Shown: positions 1 to 9,836, counted from the stretch's first letter. The stretch: 30,674 nt of DNA from a virus (IMGVR_UViG_3300014656_000094:1-30674); one strand, 5' to 3'. The notes: a model not told the origin generated them from the letters alone. Program-made: numbers and translations.

Positions 1-267
1 ATGGTCGTTAATCTTGACAAGCGGGCTAAAGATTTAAAGCCGACAAAAAAGCAGTTTGAAAAGTGGGCTGAAGAACCGCTTTATAAATTAGCCAAATTAA
101 TATGGTCATTGTTCTTGATTTACGGCAATAATTTATCGCTAATATTGCCATATTTAAAAAATCCTTTTGCAATGGTAATTATTAGCGGAGTGATAAAAGC
201 TGCCGATTTATGGAACAAGCGTAACGGCACTAAAATTGTAACATTTTTTAAGAAGAAAAAGAAATAA
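1..267 (+). CDS. Hypothetical protein, possibly membrane-associated; may be 5'-truncated
   Basis: ORF with hydrophobic central stretches and a basic C-terminus; starts at the window edge. Confidence 0.5.
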   Translation: MVVNLDKRAKDLKPTKKQFEKWAEEPLYKLAKLIWSLFLIYGNNLSLILPYLKNPFAMVIISGVIKAADLWNKRNGTKIVTFFKKKKK

Positions 268-278
268 AGGACAATAAA

Positions 279-650
279 ATGGTATCTAAAAAAGATACAC
301 GAATGAATAACGAAGGTCCGGAGGCGCGAAGGTTATTTACGATCAAAGAAATTATATATATAATTTTTCTTATTGTCAGTACTGTCGCGGCGGCTATCGG
401 AACCGGGATATTCGCTAAGGACGTTCTCACAGCGGATGCTATTAAACAGATTAATTACAATACTACTGCTGTCCAAATGTTATCTAATGATTTTGATAAT
501 TATATGAATAGTACCGAGAAAGTCAGTATTTTGAAAGAGAAAAATACTCAAATGCAAATTAACAATCTGGAAAAAGACGTTAAAGAAATGAAGGAATTGC
601 AAAAAAGAGACAGTAATAAATTAGATAGAATTTTGGAAAAACTAAACTAA
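279..650 (+). CDS. Single-TM plus coiled-coil membrane protein (possible lysis accessory/holin-like)
   Basis: AAGGA RBS; hydrophobic segment IIYIIFLIVSTVAAAIGTGIFA; C-terminal heptad pattern. Confidence 0.5.
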   Translation: MVSKKDTRMNNEGPEARRLFTIKEIIYIIFLIVSTVAAAIGTGIFAKDVLTADAIKQINYNTTAVQMLSNDFDNYMNSTEKVSILKEKNTQMQINNLEKDVKEMKELQKRDSNKLDRILEKLN

Positions 651-703
651 AATAAGGGCAAGATAGCTCAACACACATATCTCACTAAGAAGAGGAATTT
701 ATC

Positions 704-1099
704 ATGGCACTTACACCCGCAAACATTTATCACGGCCCTGCTGCAACCGTAACTTTAGGTGGTAGCGATTTAGGTTCTATGGGCGAGAACAATGTTTTAA
801 TCACTTATGAACCTGCTGTAGCTACGCTGCACGATGGGCAACAATTCCACATGTATGGCTTAGGTCGGGTTGAGGTTGAATTGACCGAGACGGACGCGAC
901 TCATTTAGCGACTATTTCAGCGGCTAAATCAACGGCGGCGGCTTTGGTTGTAACCGGGTTGAACGGCAAGGTATATACGCTTGTTTCAATGATTTTCTCT
1001 TACAAAACCAAAAGACAGTTCGGTGAAGAGCCTCATATGGTTATTATTTCAGCTCAAAAGAAAGTCACAGATGAAGACGATTTCGTAACAATAACTTAG
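704..1099 (+). CDS. Putative major tail tube protein
   Basis: GAGGA RBS; beta-rich 131 aa with N-terminal IYHGP...DLG pattern; upstream of chaperone and tape measure genes. Confidence 0.65.
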   Translation: MALTPANIYHGPAATVTLGGSDLGSMGENNVLITYEPAVATLHDGQQFHMYGLGRVEVELTETDATHLATISAAKSTAAALVVTGLNGKVYTLVSMIFSYKTKRQFGEEPHMVIISAQKKVTDEDDFVTIT

Positions 1100-1110
1100 G
1101 AGGTTTTTAA

Positions 1111-1548
1111 ATGGCTTTGGACCCTACTCAAATTTATCATGGGCCTATTGTTAAAATAGGTCTAAGAAATCCGGCTGCTGCGGTGGTCGAGTATTTCGGG
1201 TTCGGTGAGAATAATTGCCTTATCGAATTTACTCCGGTTGAGTTTACTCTAAACGATGGTCAAATTATATCCGGTTATGGTGAGGGTAAAATAGAAGTTG
1301 AATTCGCTGAGACTCCGGCGGCTTTTATCACTGCATTAAAAGCAAGACGCCTTGAGTTGACCGACTTTTTAGTTTACACCTCTTATACCGCTGTTGACTC
1401 ATATACTCGTTTTGAGGTAACCGATTTATTAATTACTTACAAAACCAAAAGACAGTTCGGCGAAGAGCCTCATATGGCAGTTGTCACTGGCAGTAAAAAG
1501 GCTCTGAATGAAAGTAATTTCGTTTCAAGAGTAGTGGTGACTCCGTAG
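1111..1548 (+). CDS. Tail tube protein paralog
   Basis: Clear paralog of 704-1099 (IYHGP, GENN, TLxDGQ, YKTKRQFGEEPHM); GGAGG RBS. Confidence 0.65.
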   Translation: MALDPTQIYHGPIVKIGLRNPAAAVVEYFGFGENNCLIEFTPVEFTLNDGQIISGYGEGKIEVEFAETPAAFITALKARRLELTDFLVYTSYTAVDSYTRFEVTDLLITYKTKRQFGEEPHMAVVTGSKKALNESNFVSRVVVTP

Positions 1549-2406
1549 ATGTCGAACAAGTTGAACATATTCGGCGGCTGGGCTTATGTCAGTTTATACG
1601 ATGCGACAAATGGATTTTTACATTTATCCCAGTCGGTTGAGTATAAGTTAGCGGAAAAGCCACAGTCCAATATTACAATAGAAGGTCAAGTCCGCGTCTA
1701 TGCTGTGAATAATGATCTGAAATTGAAAATTCCAGAAAGCGATCAAGATTTACTCGATGATCTGAATACGAGAGTGGCTTATAAACAAGATATTTATATA
1801 ATGTGTAACGATAGCATTATTCTGGTTGAGAATGTGTATATCAGTCCTTCAGTAATACGCGAAGGGAAAGGCCATTATATAGATGTGGATGCGTCAACTA
1901 ATATCGTTGCTGATGTGACACACCGCGTAAACCTGTTAGACAACAGCGATATGGAAATAAACAACGGTACCATCGCCACGGGTTGGGTGGATTATAATTT
2001 ATTCATAACGGATATAATCGCATCGCACCGCACGGGTGACGCGCAGCAAGCCGAATGGGACGGGGCCGGGTCTTTGTATTACAATGCGCCTTTTCCCATC
2101 CACAACGGGCAAAGGGTGACCTTTAGCGTCTACGCCAAAGCCGGGGCAACCGGATTTACAGGGAGCATGGTATTAGATATAAGAAGCTCGGTTCCTAGTA
2201 CTATTCAGCAGATTACTTCGGCAATTTCTCTTTCGGCTAATCAGGAACAAAGATTATCTGTAAGCGGGATAGTCGATTTACCCGCCGGGTACGACGCCGG
2301 GCATGACGTGCAGGTGTACATTTATTCCACCGTAGTCGCTTACAGTATTTCCATCGACGACGCTCAACTTGAAATGGGTGGATTGTCAGATTACAGGGCA
2401 TATTAA
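1549..2406 (+). CDS. Tail protein: tube-like N-terminus plus C-terminal carbohydrate-binding-like domain
   Basis: NLLDNSDME...VTFSVYAK...IDDAQLEMG pattern typical of CBM-like domains in phage tail proteins. Confidence 0.55.
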   Translation: MSNKLNIFGGWAYVSLYDATNGFLHLSQSVEYKLAEKPQSNITIEGQVRVYAVNNDLKLKIPESDQDLLDDLNTRVAYKQDIYIMCNDSIILVENVYISPSVIREGKGHYIDVDASTNIVADVTHRVNLLDNSDMEINNGTIATGWVDYNLFITDIIASHRTGDAQQAEWDGAGSLYYNAPFPIHNGQRVTFSVYAKAGATGFTGSMVLDIRSSVPSTIQQITSAISLSANQEQRLSVSGIVDLPAGYDAGHDVQVYIYSTVVAYSISIDDAQLEMGGLSDYRAY

Positions 2407-2424
2407 ATTAAAGGAGTTATTAAA

Positions 2425-2811
2425 ATGGCAGACGCTAAAAAAAGTCCGGAAAAGAAAAAGTCGGCGGAACGGGTCCCATTTCATTATACAGTTCTTGGAG
2501 TGAAGTTACGACAGGAACCGTTAAAAATGTTTCAGATACGTGATTTCGTTAACCTTTTTTCTAAGTTTAAAATTGACGACGACAAGGTTAAAAAAGCCGG
2601 GGTTACTTTTGAAGATGTTACCGAGATGCTTTTTTCTGAGAAGTTACAGGAGGTTGCTGTTATTCTGTTTGGCGTAGTCGCCGCTAAAATTGAATGGGAT
2701 AAAGCAGACGGGAACGATGTTGCGGATATGGTAGAAGATTTTTTCGACTTGAATCCGAGTCTTATAGCGAGGTTGAAAGAATTAGCCGCTTCTTTCGTCT
2801 TGAGTCGGTAG
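2425..2811 (+). CDS. Tail assembly chaperone (gpG-like)
   Basis: Between tube and tape measure genes; contains slippery T TTT TTC; AAGGAG RBS. Confidence 0.7.
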   Translation: MADAKKSPEKKKSAERVPFHYTVLGVKLRQEPLKMFQIRDFVNLFSKFKIDDDKVKKAGVTFEDVTEMLFSEKLQEVAVILFGVVAAKIEWDKADGNDVADMVEDFFDLNPSLIARLKELAASFVLSR

Positions 2812-2987
2812 GATTACGAGACGCAGTAATTAAGAAACACGGCCTCGATATAATGATGTATAGATTAGCTGACGGGGATTTTTTAAGAGTAATGGCTATG
2901 CAAAAAAATTGGACGCTCGTAGATTTGCATCATTGGACGGGAATCCGGAATTATGTAACAATTAGAGATAAAGAGAAAAATGGCTGA
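2739..2987 (+). CDS. -1 frameshift extension of the tail chaperone (gpGT-like C-terminal part)
   Basis: Heptamer TTTTTTC at 2739-2745; -1 frame open for 82 codons to TGA at 2985-2987, overlapping the tape measure start. Confidence 0.7.
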   Translation, partial: FFRLESESYSEVERISRFFRLESVGLRDAVIKKHGLDIMMYRLADGDFLRVMAMQKNWTLVDLHHWTGIRNYVTIRDKEKNG

Positions 2988-5502
2988 AGTAGGGACATTT
3001 TTAATCAAGCTAAAAGTTGATGACAAAGGCAGTATCACTGTAATCGACGGCGCTAAAGGCAAGATGACCGGGCTAAAAAATGAGAGCAGTAAAGCCGGAG
3101 AATCTATGTCTGCAGATTTCAATAAAATCCGCATGGGGGCTATTGCTTTTGTAGCTGCACTTTCCGGGGTCGCCCTGGGTTTAAATAAAGCCGTTAACGC
3201 GGCCAGCAACCTTGAGGAAGCAACCTCTAAATTCGACACCGTTTTCGAAGGTATGGGCGTCCAGGCCAACGCCTGGAGTAAAAACCTGGTTGAAAATTAC
3301 GCTATGTCCACCAGGGAATCTAAAGAGTATTTATCTTCTATTCAGGATTTATTGGTGCCTATGGGAATGGTCGCCGATAAAGCCGGGGAACTGACAAATA
3401 AGATCGTCCAGCTTTCGGCAGACCTGGGCAGCCTTAATAATTTGCAAACCGAGCAGGTCATTGATGATATAAAAAGCGCCCTGGTCGGCAATTATGAAAC
3501 GGTTAAAAAATACGGGACCATTTTAAACGAGACGGTCATCAAACAGGAGGCAATGAATTTAGGTTTATGGAACGGCAAGGGAGCTATCGACGCAAATATA
3601 AAAGCAGAGCTGGCTTATAATATAATCGCCAAGTCCAATGTTAAAGCCCAGGGGGATATGAACAGAACCGCCGAGCAATACGCAAACACAAAAAAAAGGG
3701 TTGCCGCAAAAACTGAGGATGTGATCGCATTGTTCGGCGCTAAACTTATCCCGGTTTTTAAAGCCGCTTTATTACTTTTTGAGAAACTTATAATCGGCGC
3801 GGAGAAACTTATAAAGAGCTGGGATAAAGTTATTGACAGTCTTGTGCGCCTGGTTATGCAGTTGGCGGTTGTTGCCGCCGGACTTGCCGCCATAAAACTG
3901 GCTGTTATCATAACATCTTTAGGCGGTATCGCTACCGCCGCATCCCTGGCCGGGACAGCATTTGGAGTATTCGCTTTAAATGTGCAAGCTGCAATGCTAA
4001 AAATAAATGCAGCTATCGGCCCTATCGGATGGGTTGCAATTGCCGTAGGCGCCTTGGTCACTGCTTTTAAAATATACGAGAAACAGGCCGGGCTTATAGT
4101 TGATTACAACACTGCACTTGTTAAATCATTCGGTAAATTTAAAGAGTTGGCGTTAGATTACTATGCGGCAAAGACAGTAGAAGAGCTTGAAAAACTTGCT
4201 CCGGTTTTAGAAAAAAATCTTAAAATCGTTGGCGAAAAAATACGCCAATATCAAAAAGAAATCGATGCGGGGGAAAGAGAATCTACTAACGAGGCTTATT
4301 TAGAGCTAATCAATAGATACGATAATATTAAGAATAATATTGCAAAAATTAAACAGGCAGTAAAAGATAAAAATGATTTCCAAAATGAACTGGAGGGGAA
4401 ATTAACACAAAAACAACTTGACGAGTTGAATAAGCGTAAAGATTACGAGTTTGAAACTAACAGAATTACATTAGCCGCTTATATGGTTCATCTCAATAAT
4501 AGATTAGCCGCTATGAAAAAAGCCGGACTCGAAGAGTCGCTGGAATATATGAAATTAGCGGACGCCAAAAATAAAATCGATAGTGATTTGGCAAAAAGGC
4601 AAACCCCTTTAACCATCAAGAGCGCTAAAAAAAATACGGGTATTAAAAGGGAAGCCCAGGAACAGGAAACGATTGACACTGCGGAGGCCCTTAACAGACG
4701 GGCCGAGTATGAAAACGAATGGCATAATAAATCCAACGAAGAGCAGTTAGCCATTACCAGTCAGGGCGCCGAGGCCGGGCTGGAAGTGGCCGAATTCATC
4801 GGGTCTCAAATGCAGGATCAGCGCAACCGGGAAGCGGAAAAGAAAAGGGATGCGCTAAGAAAAGAAGTTCAAGCCAGCCAAGTTGCTGCGAAAAAAGATT
4901 TAGACACCGGGAAAATAACTCAGAAGGCTTATGATTTACGCCTCAAAGAGATAGCGAATTATGAGAGTAACCAAACCAAGAAAATTGAACAGGAACAAAA
5001 GAAGCGGAGTGCTATTGAAAAGACAGCGGCTATAAGCAGAACGATAATATCTACTTATGAAATGGCCGTTAAGGCTTTTAATTCGTTGGCTCAAATACCA
5101 GTTATCGGAACTATATTAGGCGCGGCGGCGGCTATTGCAGCGACTGTTTTTGGTTTTAAGCAAGTCCAATCTATAAGAGCTACCGGGTACGAGGAGGGCG
5201 GTGAGTTTGACAAGGGTCAGATGGGATATATTGAAGGTACAGCTAAAGAATTAATCGCACCTAAGAAAACCTTCGTCGAAGTTATTAAGAATATGATGGT
5301 TCAAAAGGAAATAGACGTGCAACGCACCTCAGCGACTCCGGTTATGGGAGCGGAAAGCTCAAAGTCTTTGTTCGATGCCCTGGGTGAAAAAGTTGATAAT
5401 ATTACAACTGCTCTTCGTGAACTGGATTTAAGGGTAGACGCTGAGGGTGTCGCACTTGCGGCGGAGGCAGGCAACAAACAAATAGCTGCTAAGGATTGGT
5501 AA
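2980..5502 (+). CDS. Tail tape measure protein
   Basis: 840 aa, Ala-rich and helical, hydrophobic segments, ADLGSLNN-type motif, position after the chaperone. Confidence 0.9.
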   Translation: MAEVGTFLIKLKVDDKGSITVIDGAKGKMTGLKNESSKAGESMSADFNKIRMGAIAFVAALSGVALGLNKAVNAASNLEEATSKFDTVFEGMGVQANAWSKNLVENYAMSTRESKEYLSSIQDLLVPMGMVADKAGELTNKIVQLSADLGSLNNLQTEQVIDDIKSALVGNYETVKKYGTILNETVIKQEAMNLGLWNGKGAIDANIKAELAYNIIAKSNVKAQGDMNRTAEQYANTKKRVAAKTEDVIALFGAKLIPVFKAALLLFEKLIIGAEKLIKSWDKVIDSLVRLVMQLAVVAAGLAAIKLAVIITSLGGIATAASLAGTAFGVFALNVQAAMLKINAAIGPIGWVAIAVGALVTAFKIYEKQAGLIVDYNTALVKSFGKFKELALDYYAAKTVEELEKLAPVLEKNLKIVGEKIRQYQKEIDAGERESTNEAYLELINRYDNIKNNIAKIKQAVKDKNDFQNELEGKLTQKQLDELNKRKDYEFETNRITLAAYMVHLNNRLAAMKKAGLEESLEYMKLADAKNKIDSDLAKRQTPLTIKSAKKNTGIKREAQEQETIDTAEALNRRAEYENEWHNKSNEEQLAITSQGAEAGLEVAEFIGSQMQDQRNREAEKKRDALRKEVQASQVAAKKDLDTGKITQKAYDLRLKEIANYESNQTKKIEQEQKKRSAIEKTAAISRTIISTYEMAVKAFNSLAQIPVIGTILGAAAAIAATVFGFKQVQSIRATGYEEGGEFDKGQMGYIEGTAKELIAPKKTFVEVIKNMMVQKEIDVQRTSATPVMGAESSKSLFDALGEKVDNITTALRELDLRVDAEGVALAAEAGNKQIAAKDW

Positions 5503-5505
5503 AAT

Positions 5506-6894
5506 ATGGCAGACATCTCTTTTCACTTTCCCTCCTCTACCGGCTCTTACGACATAAATGGGCACGCATTCCGAATGCGTATTTATTATGAAGGGACGCT
5601 GGCAAATACAAACTCCAATGTACACTTAGCAAGCATCGGTAAATTGTCTTATCCATTTGAAGTGAATCCATCCGGTCAAGATTCCCGGCTGTCTTCAATG
5701 AATGTTGTATTTTTCAATGACAATAATTTCTTTGAGGATAACCTTGTTATCCCGAAAATCCATTCCGTTTACTTTGAGTTGAAAATAGACGGTTCCATTA
5801 TTTACGACGGCCGGGTGCAGTGGGAAAACGTTAAAAAGGAAAATTACACAAAGGTCGGCGCGGCCTGGGAATACCAGAAAATAACCATCCCCATCGTGGA
5901 TAAAATAGACGCCCTGCGCTTTTTGGATATGACCGATATCGCCTGGTCTAACGGCGACACGGTTTATGATTTATTAGAGGATATGGCCGGGGCCTGCGGG
6001 CTTACTTTAGAGGTTGACGCCTTTGCTATTGAGGAGGGCAACGGCAACAGTTATACTATTATCCCCGGCGGAGACGACCAGTACCGCCTGCAAACTTTTT
6101 CGGAAACAACCCTTTTAATCGCCCTAAAAAAACTTTGCTTATTATTCGCGGCCCGCGCTTACTCCTACGGTAATAAATTATATTTCGTCCCCCTGGACGG
6201 GCTGGGTACTTTGGCTATTAGTTCGGACGACGTGGTTAAGTACACCGGGGCCATTGACTATAATTCTGTTTCCAGTGTGCGGCTTTTGGCCTCCGTAGAT
6301 CCCTGGACACAAATCAATAAATCGTTTACTGTCACGAAAGGCTACCGCATGGATCTTGCTGCTCAGGATGTGGAAATTGATCTGGAAGGTTATATCGACA
6401 AGGTTTATATTACGGCTCCGGTTACAAATCAATATTACCCGGCGGCTCCGGGCGGGCTTCCTACTTCCCCGACGACAACAATAATCAATTATGCAACGGG
6501 CGGCCTTTTTGTTATTGAATCCGGTATGATTTTGTATACGGACTGGGATGGAGCGGACTACGCTTATGACAGCGTCATCCAGGAAGTTAATTCGGCCACA
6601 CAGCTTGTGTTTTACGCCGACGGCTTTACGCCCCATACGGGTAAGGAATTCACGGTAGACCGCTTTGGGGTTGGCGGGCGGCTGCATAAAATCGATAAAT
6701 TAATGACTTTGATCAGCCAGACTTATCAGGATTATTATTTGCCGTCACTTTTTATCGGGAAAGAGAAATTTGAGATTCACGGCTTTAAAAGTCCGGTGCA
6801 TACTTACACCATATTATCTAATAATTATAATTTATATTCCTTCGAGTTAGACTTCAAGAAATTCCGAACGATTGTAACGGCAAAACGCACTTAG
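5506..6894 (+). CDS. Tail tip/hub-type minor tail protein
   Basis: Beta-rich 462 aa ORF directly after the tape measure gene. Confidence 0.55.
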   Translation: MADISFHFPSSTGSYDINGHAFRMRIYYEGTLANTNSNVHLASIGKLSYPFEVNPSGQDSRLSSMNVVFFNDNNFFEDNLVIPKIHSVYFELKIDGSIIYDGRVQWENVKKENYTKVGAAWEYQKITIPIVDKIDALRFLDMTDIAWSNGDTVYDLLEDMAGACGLTLEVDAFAIEEGNGNSYTIIPGGDDQYRLQTFSETTLLIALKKLCLLFAARAYSYGNKLYFVPLDGLGTLAISSDDVVKYTGAIDYNSVSSVRLLASVDPWTQINKSFTVTKGYRMDLAAQDVEIDLEGYIDKVYITAPVTNQYYPAAPGGLPTSPTTTIINYATGGLFVIESGMILYTDWDGADYAYDSVIQEVNSATQLVFYADGFTPHTGKEFTVDRFGVGGRLHKIDKLMTLISQTYQDYYLPSLFIGKEKFEIHGFKSPVHTYTILSNNYNLYSFELDFKKFRTIVTAKRT

Positions 6895-7114
6895 GACATA
6901 CCTTGTCAACGTCGCCTACAATCCACTTTTGATAATATATCAAATCGCCCTCTGACATTTGCCAAGCAGTTTGGCATTTAGGGCAAAAGTAGACAGTCCT
7001 ATGGCTTTTTACATCTTCTTTTCTTTCCCTTTGTTCTTTACGTGTGAGCGTTTTATTAGGCATTCCGGTTTCTATTCGGACCTTATATTTGTCTCTGGAA
7101 GTAAAAGTACTCAT
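6854..7114 (-). CDS. Small Zn-ribbon protein
   Basis: CPKC...CPKC; start overlaps the stop of the upstream gene. Confidence 0.6.
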   Translation of the reverse strand: MSTFTSRDKYKVRIETGMPNKTLTRKEQRERKEDVKSHRTVYFCPKCQTAWQMSEGDLIYYQKWIVGDVDKVCPKCVLPLQSFGIS

Positions 7115-7482
7115 CAGAATCCTTTCAAAGCCATTTCAAATAATACAGGTTCATCGTTCCAGTTCAATTTAAATTCTTTCCCAGCCACAAAACCGGTAAA
7201 GAAATTGCGGTTTCTCAAATCTTTTATATTATAAATCTGCAATGGGGTAGGTTTGTCTTTCCAGTTTCGTTTAACTTCGAGCCAGATATTAATTGTTTTT
7301 CTTGTACGTTTAATAGCGCACAATATATCAGGCAATCCGGACTCTTGATATTTGCTACCGTGAATTTTAATGAAACGGACGTCATCCTGGAAATTGGCAA
7401 TCAATATTTTTTTTATCAGGGCATTATTGGCGGTTTGATTCATATTAAAATCCTTTCCATATTGTGTTTTAAGCGGTATCAC
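7114..7482 (-). CDS. VRR-NUC family nuclease / putative Holliday junction resolvase
   Basis: KIHGSxYQxSGLPD...WLEVK...PTPLQ, a PD-(D/E)xK motif set. Confidence 0.85.
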   Translation of the reverse strand: MIPLKTQYGKDFNMNQTANNALIKKILIANFQDDVRFIKIHGSKYQESGLPDILCAIKRTRKTINIWLEVKRNWKDKPTPLQIYNIKDLRNRNFFTGFVAGKEFKLNWNDEPVLFEMALKGF

Positions 7483-7715
7483 ATTTCAAGTATAATCAAG
7501 TGTCCGCAATGCGGACAAAAGGTAAATGAATAATAGATCATTTGCATATCGTCTATTTTAATGATTCGTTTACATGTTGTATTGAATTGATGCGTCACGT
7601 GGTCGCGTTTATAGGAGCAGATAAGTTTTTTATAAGATGGCTTAAATGCCCATTTAAGCCGATCTCTTAATTCCATATTATCATAAGAAGTCAGCTCGTC
7701 TTTAAGTTTTTGCAT
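7479..7715 (-). CDS. Hypothetical protein with C-terminal CPHCG
   Basis: AAAGGA RBS; ATGA overlap with the next gene. Confidence 0.6.
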   Translation of the reverse strand: MQKLKDELTSYDNMELRDRLKWAFKPSYKKLICSYKRDHVTHQFNTTCKRIIKIDDMQMIYYSFTFCPHCGHLIILEM

Positions 7716-7741
7716 TATACAGTCCTTTCAGTTAATCTGGT

Positions 7742-7954
7742 TTAATCCTTCAATTTCACATCATAAACAGCCTGTTCTAAGCCGTTTTTACCGTGCTTAA
7801 TTCGCTTTACTGGTAAGCCGTTCCTTTTAGCGAATTGAACCAGCAGGACGGACGTGTGACGGTCTAAATTTGAAGCTATCCCGGTATCAAGAAGTGCATA
7901 TCTTTGCTTTGAGGAAATGCTATCGCGCATCAGGTAGTTTTCCTCCGTAACCAT
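7742..7954 (-). CDS. Hypothetical protein (start may be 7930)
   Basis: GGAGG lies upstream of the ATG at 7930, which is coupled to the preceding stop. Confidence 0.55.
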   Translation of the reverse strand: MVTEENYLMRDSISSKQRYALLDTGIASNLDRHTSVLLVQFAKRNGLPVKRIKHGKNGLEQAVYDVKLKD

Positions 7955-8154
7955 TCCAGTATTTTAGTTTTTGTTATTTCACCGACGCGGCGTTTATTGT
8001 AAACAGACCAGTGCTTTTTATTCGTCCCGGCCTTATGCACAATCCCGAAATAATGTACTACTGTCCAGTGGCCATCGATGCGTTTATAATAAACATATGC
8101 TTCGTCGTAGGGTTGCCGTAATAAAGTTTTTACAAAATCAGCCATAATAAACAA
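7930..8154 (-). CDS. Hypothetical protein
   Basis: Co-oriented ORF filling the gap to the array; start uncertain. Confidence 0.5.
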   Translation of the reverse strand: MFIMADFVKTLLRQPYDEAYVYYKRIDGHWTVVHYFGIVHKAGTNKKHWSVYNKRRVGEITKTKILEWLRRKTT

Positions 8155-8159
8155 TCATT

Positions 8160-8206
8160 TAGGTTTATTTGCAGTGGATTATTAGCGGTTCAATATCATG
8201 TTATAT
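8160..8206 (+). other. Left boundary site of the array (attI-like core or degenerate attC)
   Basis: GTTCAAT-ATCAT-GTTATAT (inverted boxes, 5-bp spacer); TAGGTTTAT 8160-8168 is the reverse complement of ATAAACCTA 15404-15412. Confidence 0.5.
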
Positions 8207-8851
8207 GCCTTCAAACATTGCAATTTGACTTGTCTCACGTTTAAATCTTTTTTTCATTGCATCGTAATATTCTTTGTCAATCTCACAGCCGACAAAATCA
8301 CAGCCAAAGTAATGTGCTGCTATTGCAGAACTTCCCGAACCCAAATGAGTGTCAAGTATTTTTTGACTTGGTTCGGCATAGTTTTTTAATATCCATTTAT
8401 ATAGTGATACAGGCTTTTGAGTTGGGTGAACCCTAAAAAGCGTCTCTTTATCTTGTGATATATGATACCGAAAAATTGAAACCCTTGTATTGAAACTTGT
8501 ATATGCTAACTCACAAGCGGATTGCTTTGAGTTATCATATTTTTTATCCCACACAATAACACATTGTGTCGGTGGCAAAATACCAGTAAAATACTGCATA
8601 CCCCAAATAATCTGATTTTTTGAAATTCTAAACAATTCATTGAAATATTTTTGTCCTGGTCTTGCTCCAAAATTATATCCATTTTTTTTATCCAGTGATA
8701 GCCAATATTTTTTATTACCTTTATTCATCGTCACGTTGACATAAACGTTACCAATCATACCATACGGCGGATCAACAATCGCCAAGTCAAACGCATTGTC
8801 GGGCTGTGTTGCCATATATTTCATACAATCTATGTTTAGTAATTCTATCAT
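8201..8851 (-). CDS. N6-adenine/N4-cytosine DNA methyltransferase (cassette)
   Basis: DPPY, HPTQKP and LDTHLGSGS motifs in beta-class order. Confidence 0.9.
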   Translation of the reverse strand: MIELLNIDCMKYMATQPDNAFDLAIVDPPYGMIGNVYVNVTMNKGNKKYWLSLDKKNGYNFGARPGQKYFNELFRISKNQIIWGMQYFTGILPPTQCVIVWDKKYDNSKQSACELAYTSFNTRVSIFRYHISQDKETLFRVHPTQKPVSLYKWILKNYAEPSQKILDTHLGSGSSAIAAHYFGCDFVGCEIDKEYYDAMKKRFKRETSQIAMFEGI

Positions 8852-8868
8852 AATTCTCCAAACTTGGC

Positions 8869-8926
8869 ATATAACAAAGCAATTAACCTGACGGAAAAAC
8901 GCCGCAGGTTATTGCCAACGTTATGT
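8869..8926 (+). repeat. attC-like site 1 (58 bp)
   Basis: ATATAAC AAAGC AATTAACC TGAC...GCA GGTTATT GCCAAC GTTATGT. Confidence 0.9.
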
Positions 8927-9628
8927 TGCTTCTATTCTTTGTTTGGCCATATCAAACCACTTAGGCTCTTTTTCAACTCCAATAAAATTACGTCCAAGTT
9001 TTTTACAAGCAACGCCAGTAGAGCCACCACCCATAAAAGGATCTAATACAGTGTCGCCAATTTGTGAGCTTGCATCTATTATTTCCTCCATTAACCACAC
9101 AGGTTTATTTGTTGGATGCTTAGATTCTTTTGGCTTAGAAGCGCCTTTCCATAATGGGACTTCATAAAATCTATTGAAGGTTGCCTTTGGTTTTTTAGCA
9201 TAAACGCATAATTCCATACCACTTAACCATAAATGCTGTGCGTTCATCGGGCTTGGATTAGTCTTTTGCCAAGCACATTGCCTTGTTGACCATTTATTAT
9301 CAACAAACGCCTTTCGCCATTGACTAACTTGTTCAATTCCACACCAAACATAAATGCTTCCAATACAAATTCTTGAAAATTCTGAAACAAGATAATCAAT
9401 ATCTATTTTTTCACTATCAGCAACACCTTTGTCTATTTCCCGTAACCCATTTGTAACCCTATTAACCTCGTTGTATGGTGGATCGGTTACAATAAGCTCA
9501 ACTGAATTATCTGGTATTGTCTTTAGTATTTCAACGCAGTCACCACGCAACATAACATAGCGTTCAACCTGACCGCAAACGCGCTCGGTTTCTTGTTGTG
9601 TTGCTGGCATTATCAAAGTATCTTCCAT
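8921..9628 (-). CDS. N6-adenine/N4-cytosine DNA methyltransferase (cassette; starts inside attC 2)
   Basis: DPPY, HPTNKP and LDPFMGGGS motifs; AAAGGA RBS in the attC loop. Confidence 0.9.
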   Translation of the reverse strand: MEDTLIMPATQQETERVCGQVERYVMLRGDCVEILKTIPDNSVELIVTDPPYNEVNRVTNGLREIDKGVADSEKIDIDYLVSEFSRICIGSIYVWCGIEQVSQWRKAFVDNKWSTRQCAWQKTNPSPMNAQHLWLSGMELCVYAKKPKATFNRFYEVPLWKGASKPKESKHPTNKPVWLMEEIIDASSQIGDTVLDPFMGGGSTGVACKKLGRNFIGVEKEPKWFDMAKQRIEAT

Positions 9629-9678
9629 ATACTAAATTTATCCTTTATGTTTGCGGCAGGTTAACTCATCCGTTATGC
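9550..9678 (+). repeat. attC-like site 2 (129 bp)
   Basis: ACATAAC ATAGC GTTCAACC TGACCGCAAAC...GTTTGCGGCA GGTTAAC TCATCC GTTATGC. Confidence 0.9.
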
Positions 9679-9815
9679 TACAAAATCTCATCATCTATTT
9701 TAAGCATATATTTACTAATCTCAGCCCTAATTGTCTTGTTAATCAGGTACAAAAAACCTATACCAGCGTTCATTCCTAAAACAAATATCACAATATATTT
9801 TACAAGTTCTCTCAT
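9678..9815 (-). CDS. 45-aa membrane peptide MRELVKYIVIFVLGMNAGIGFLYLINK... (cassette; not in ORF track)
   Basis: AGAGG RBS; fills the cassette; one hydrophobic helix. Confidence 0.65.
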   Translation of the reverse strand: MRELVKYIVIFVLGMNAGIGFLYLINKTIRAEISKYMLKIDDEIL

Positions 9816-9836
9816 TTTACTACCTCTTTATTTGTA

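Noticed and set aside
1-650. Definite holin/spanin call
   Set aside because: Only hydrophobicity supports it, and no endolysin is visible in the window.
2883-6687. Minus-strand and alternate-frame ORFs over the tape measure and tail genes
   Set aside because: Shadows of long, well-supported + strand structural genes.
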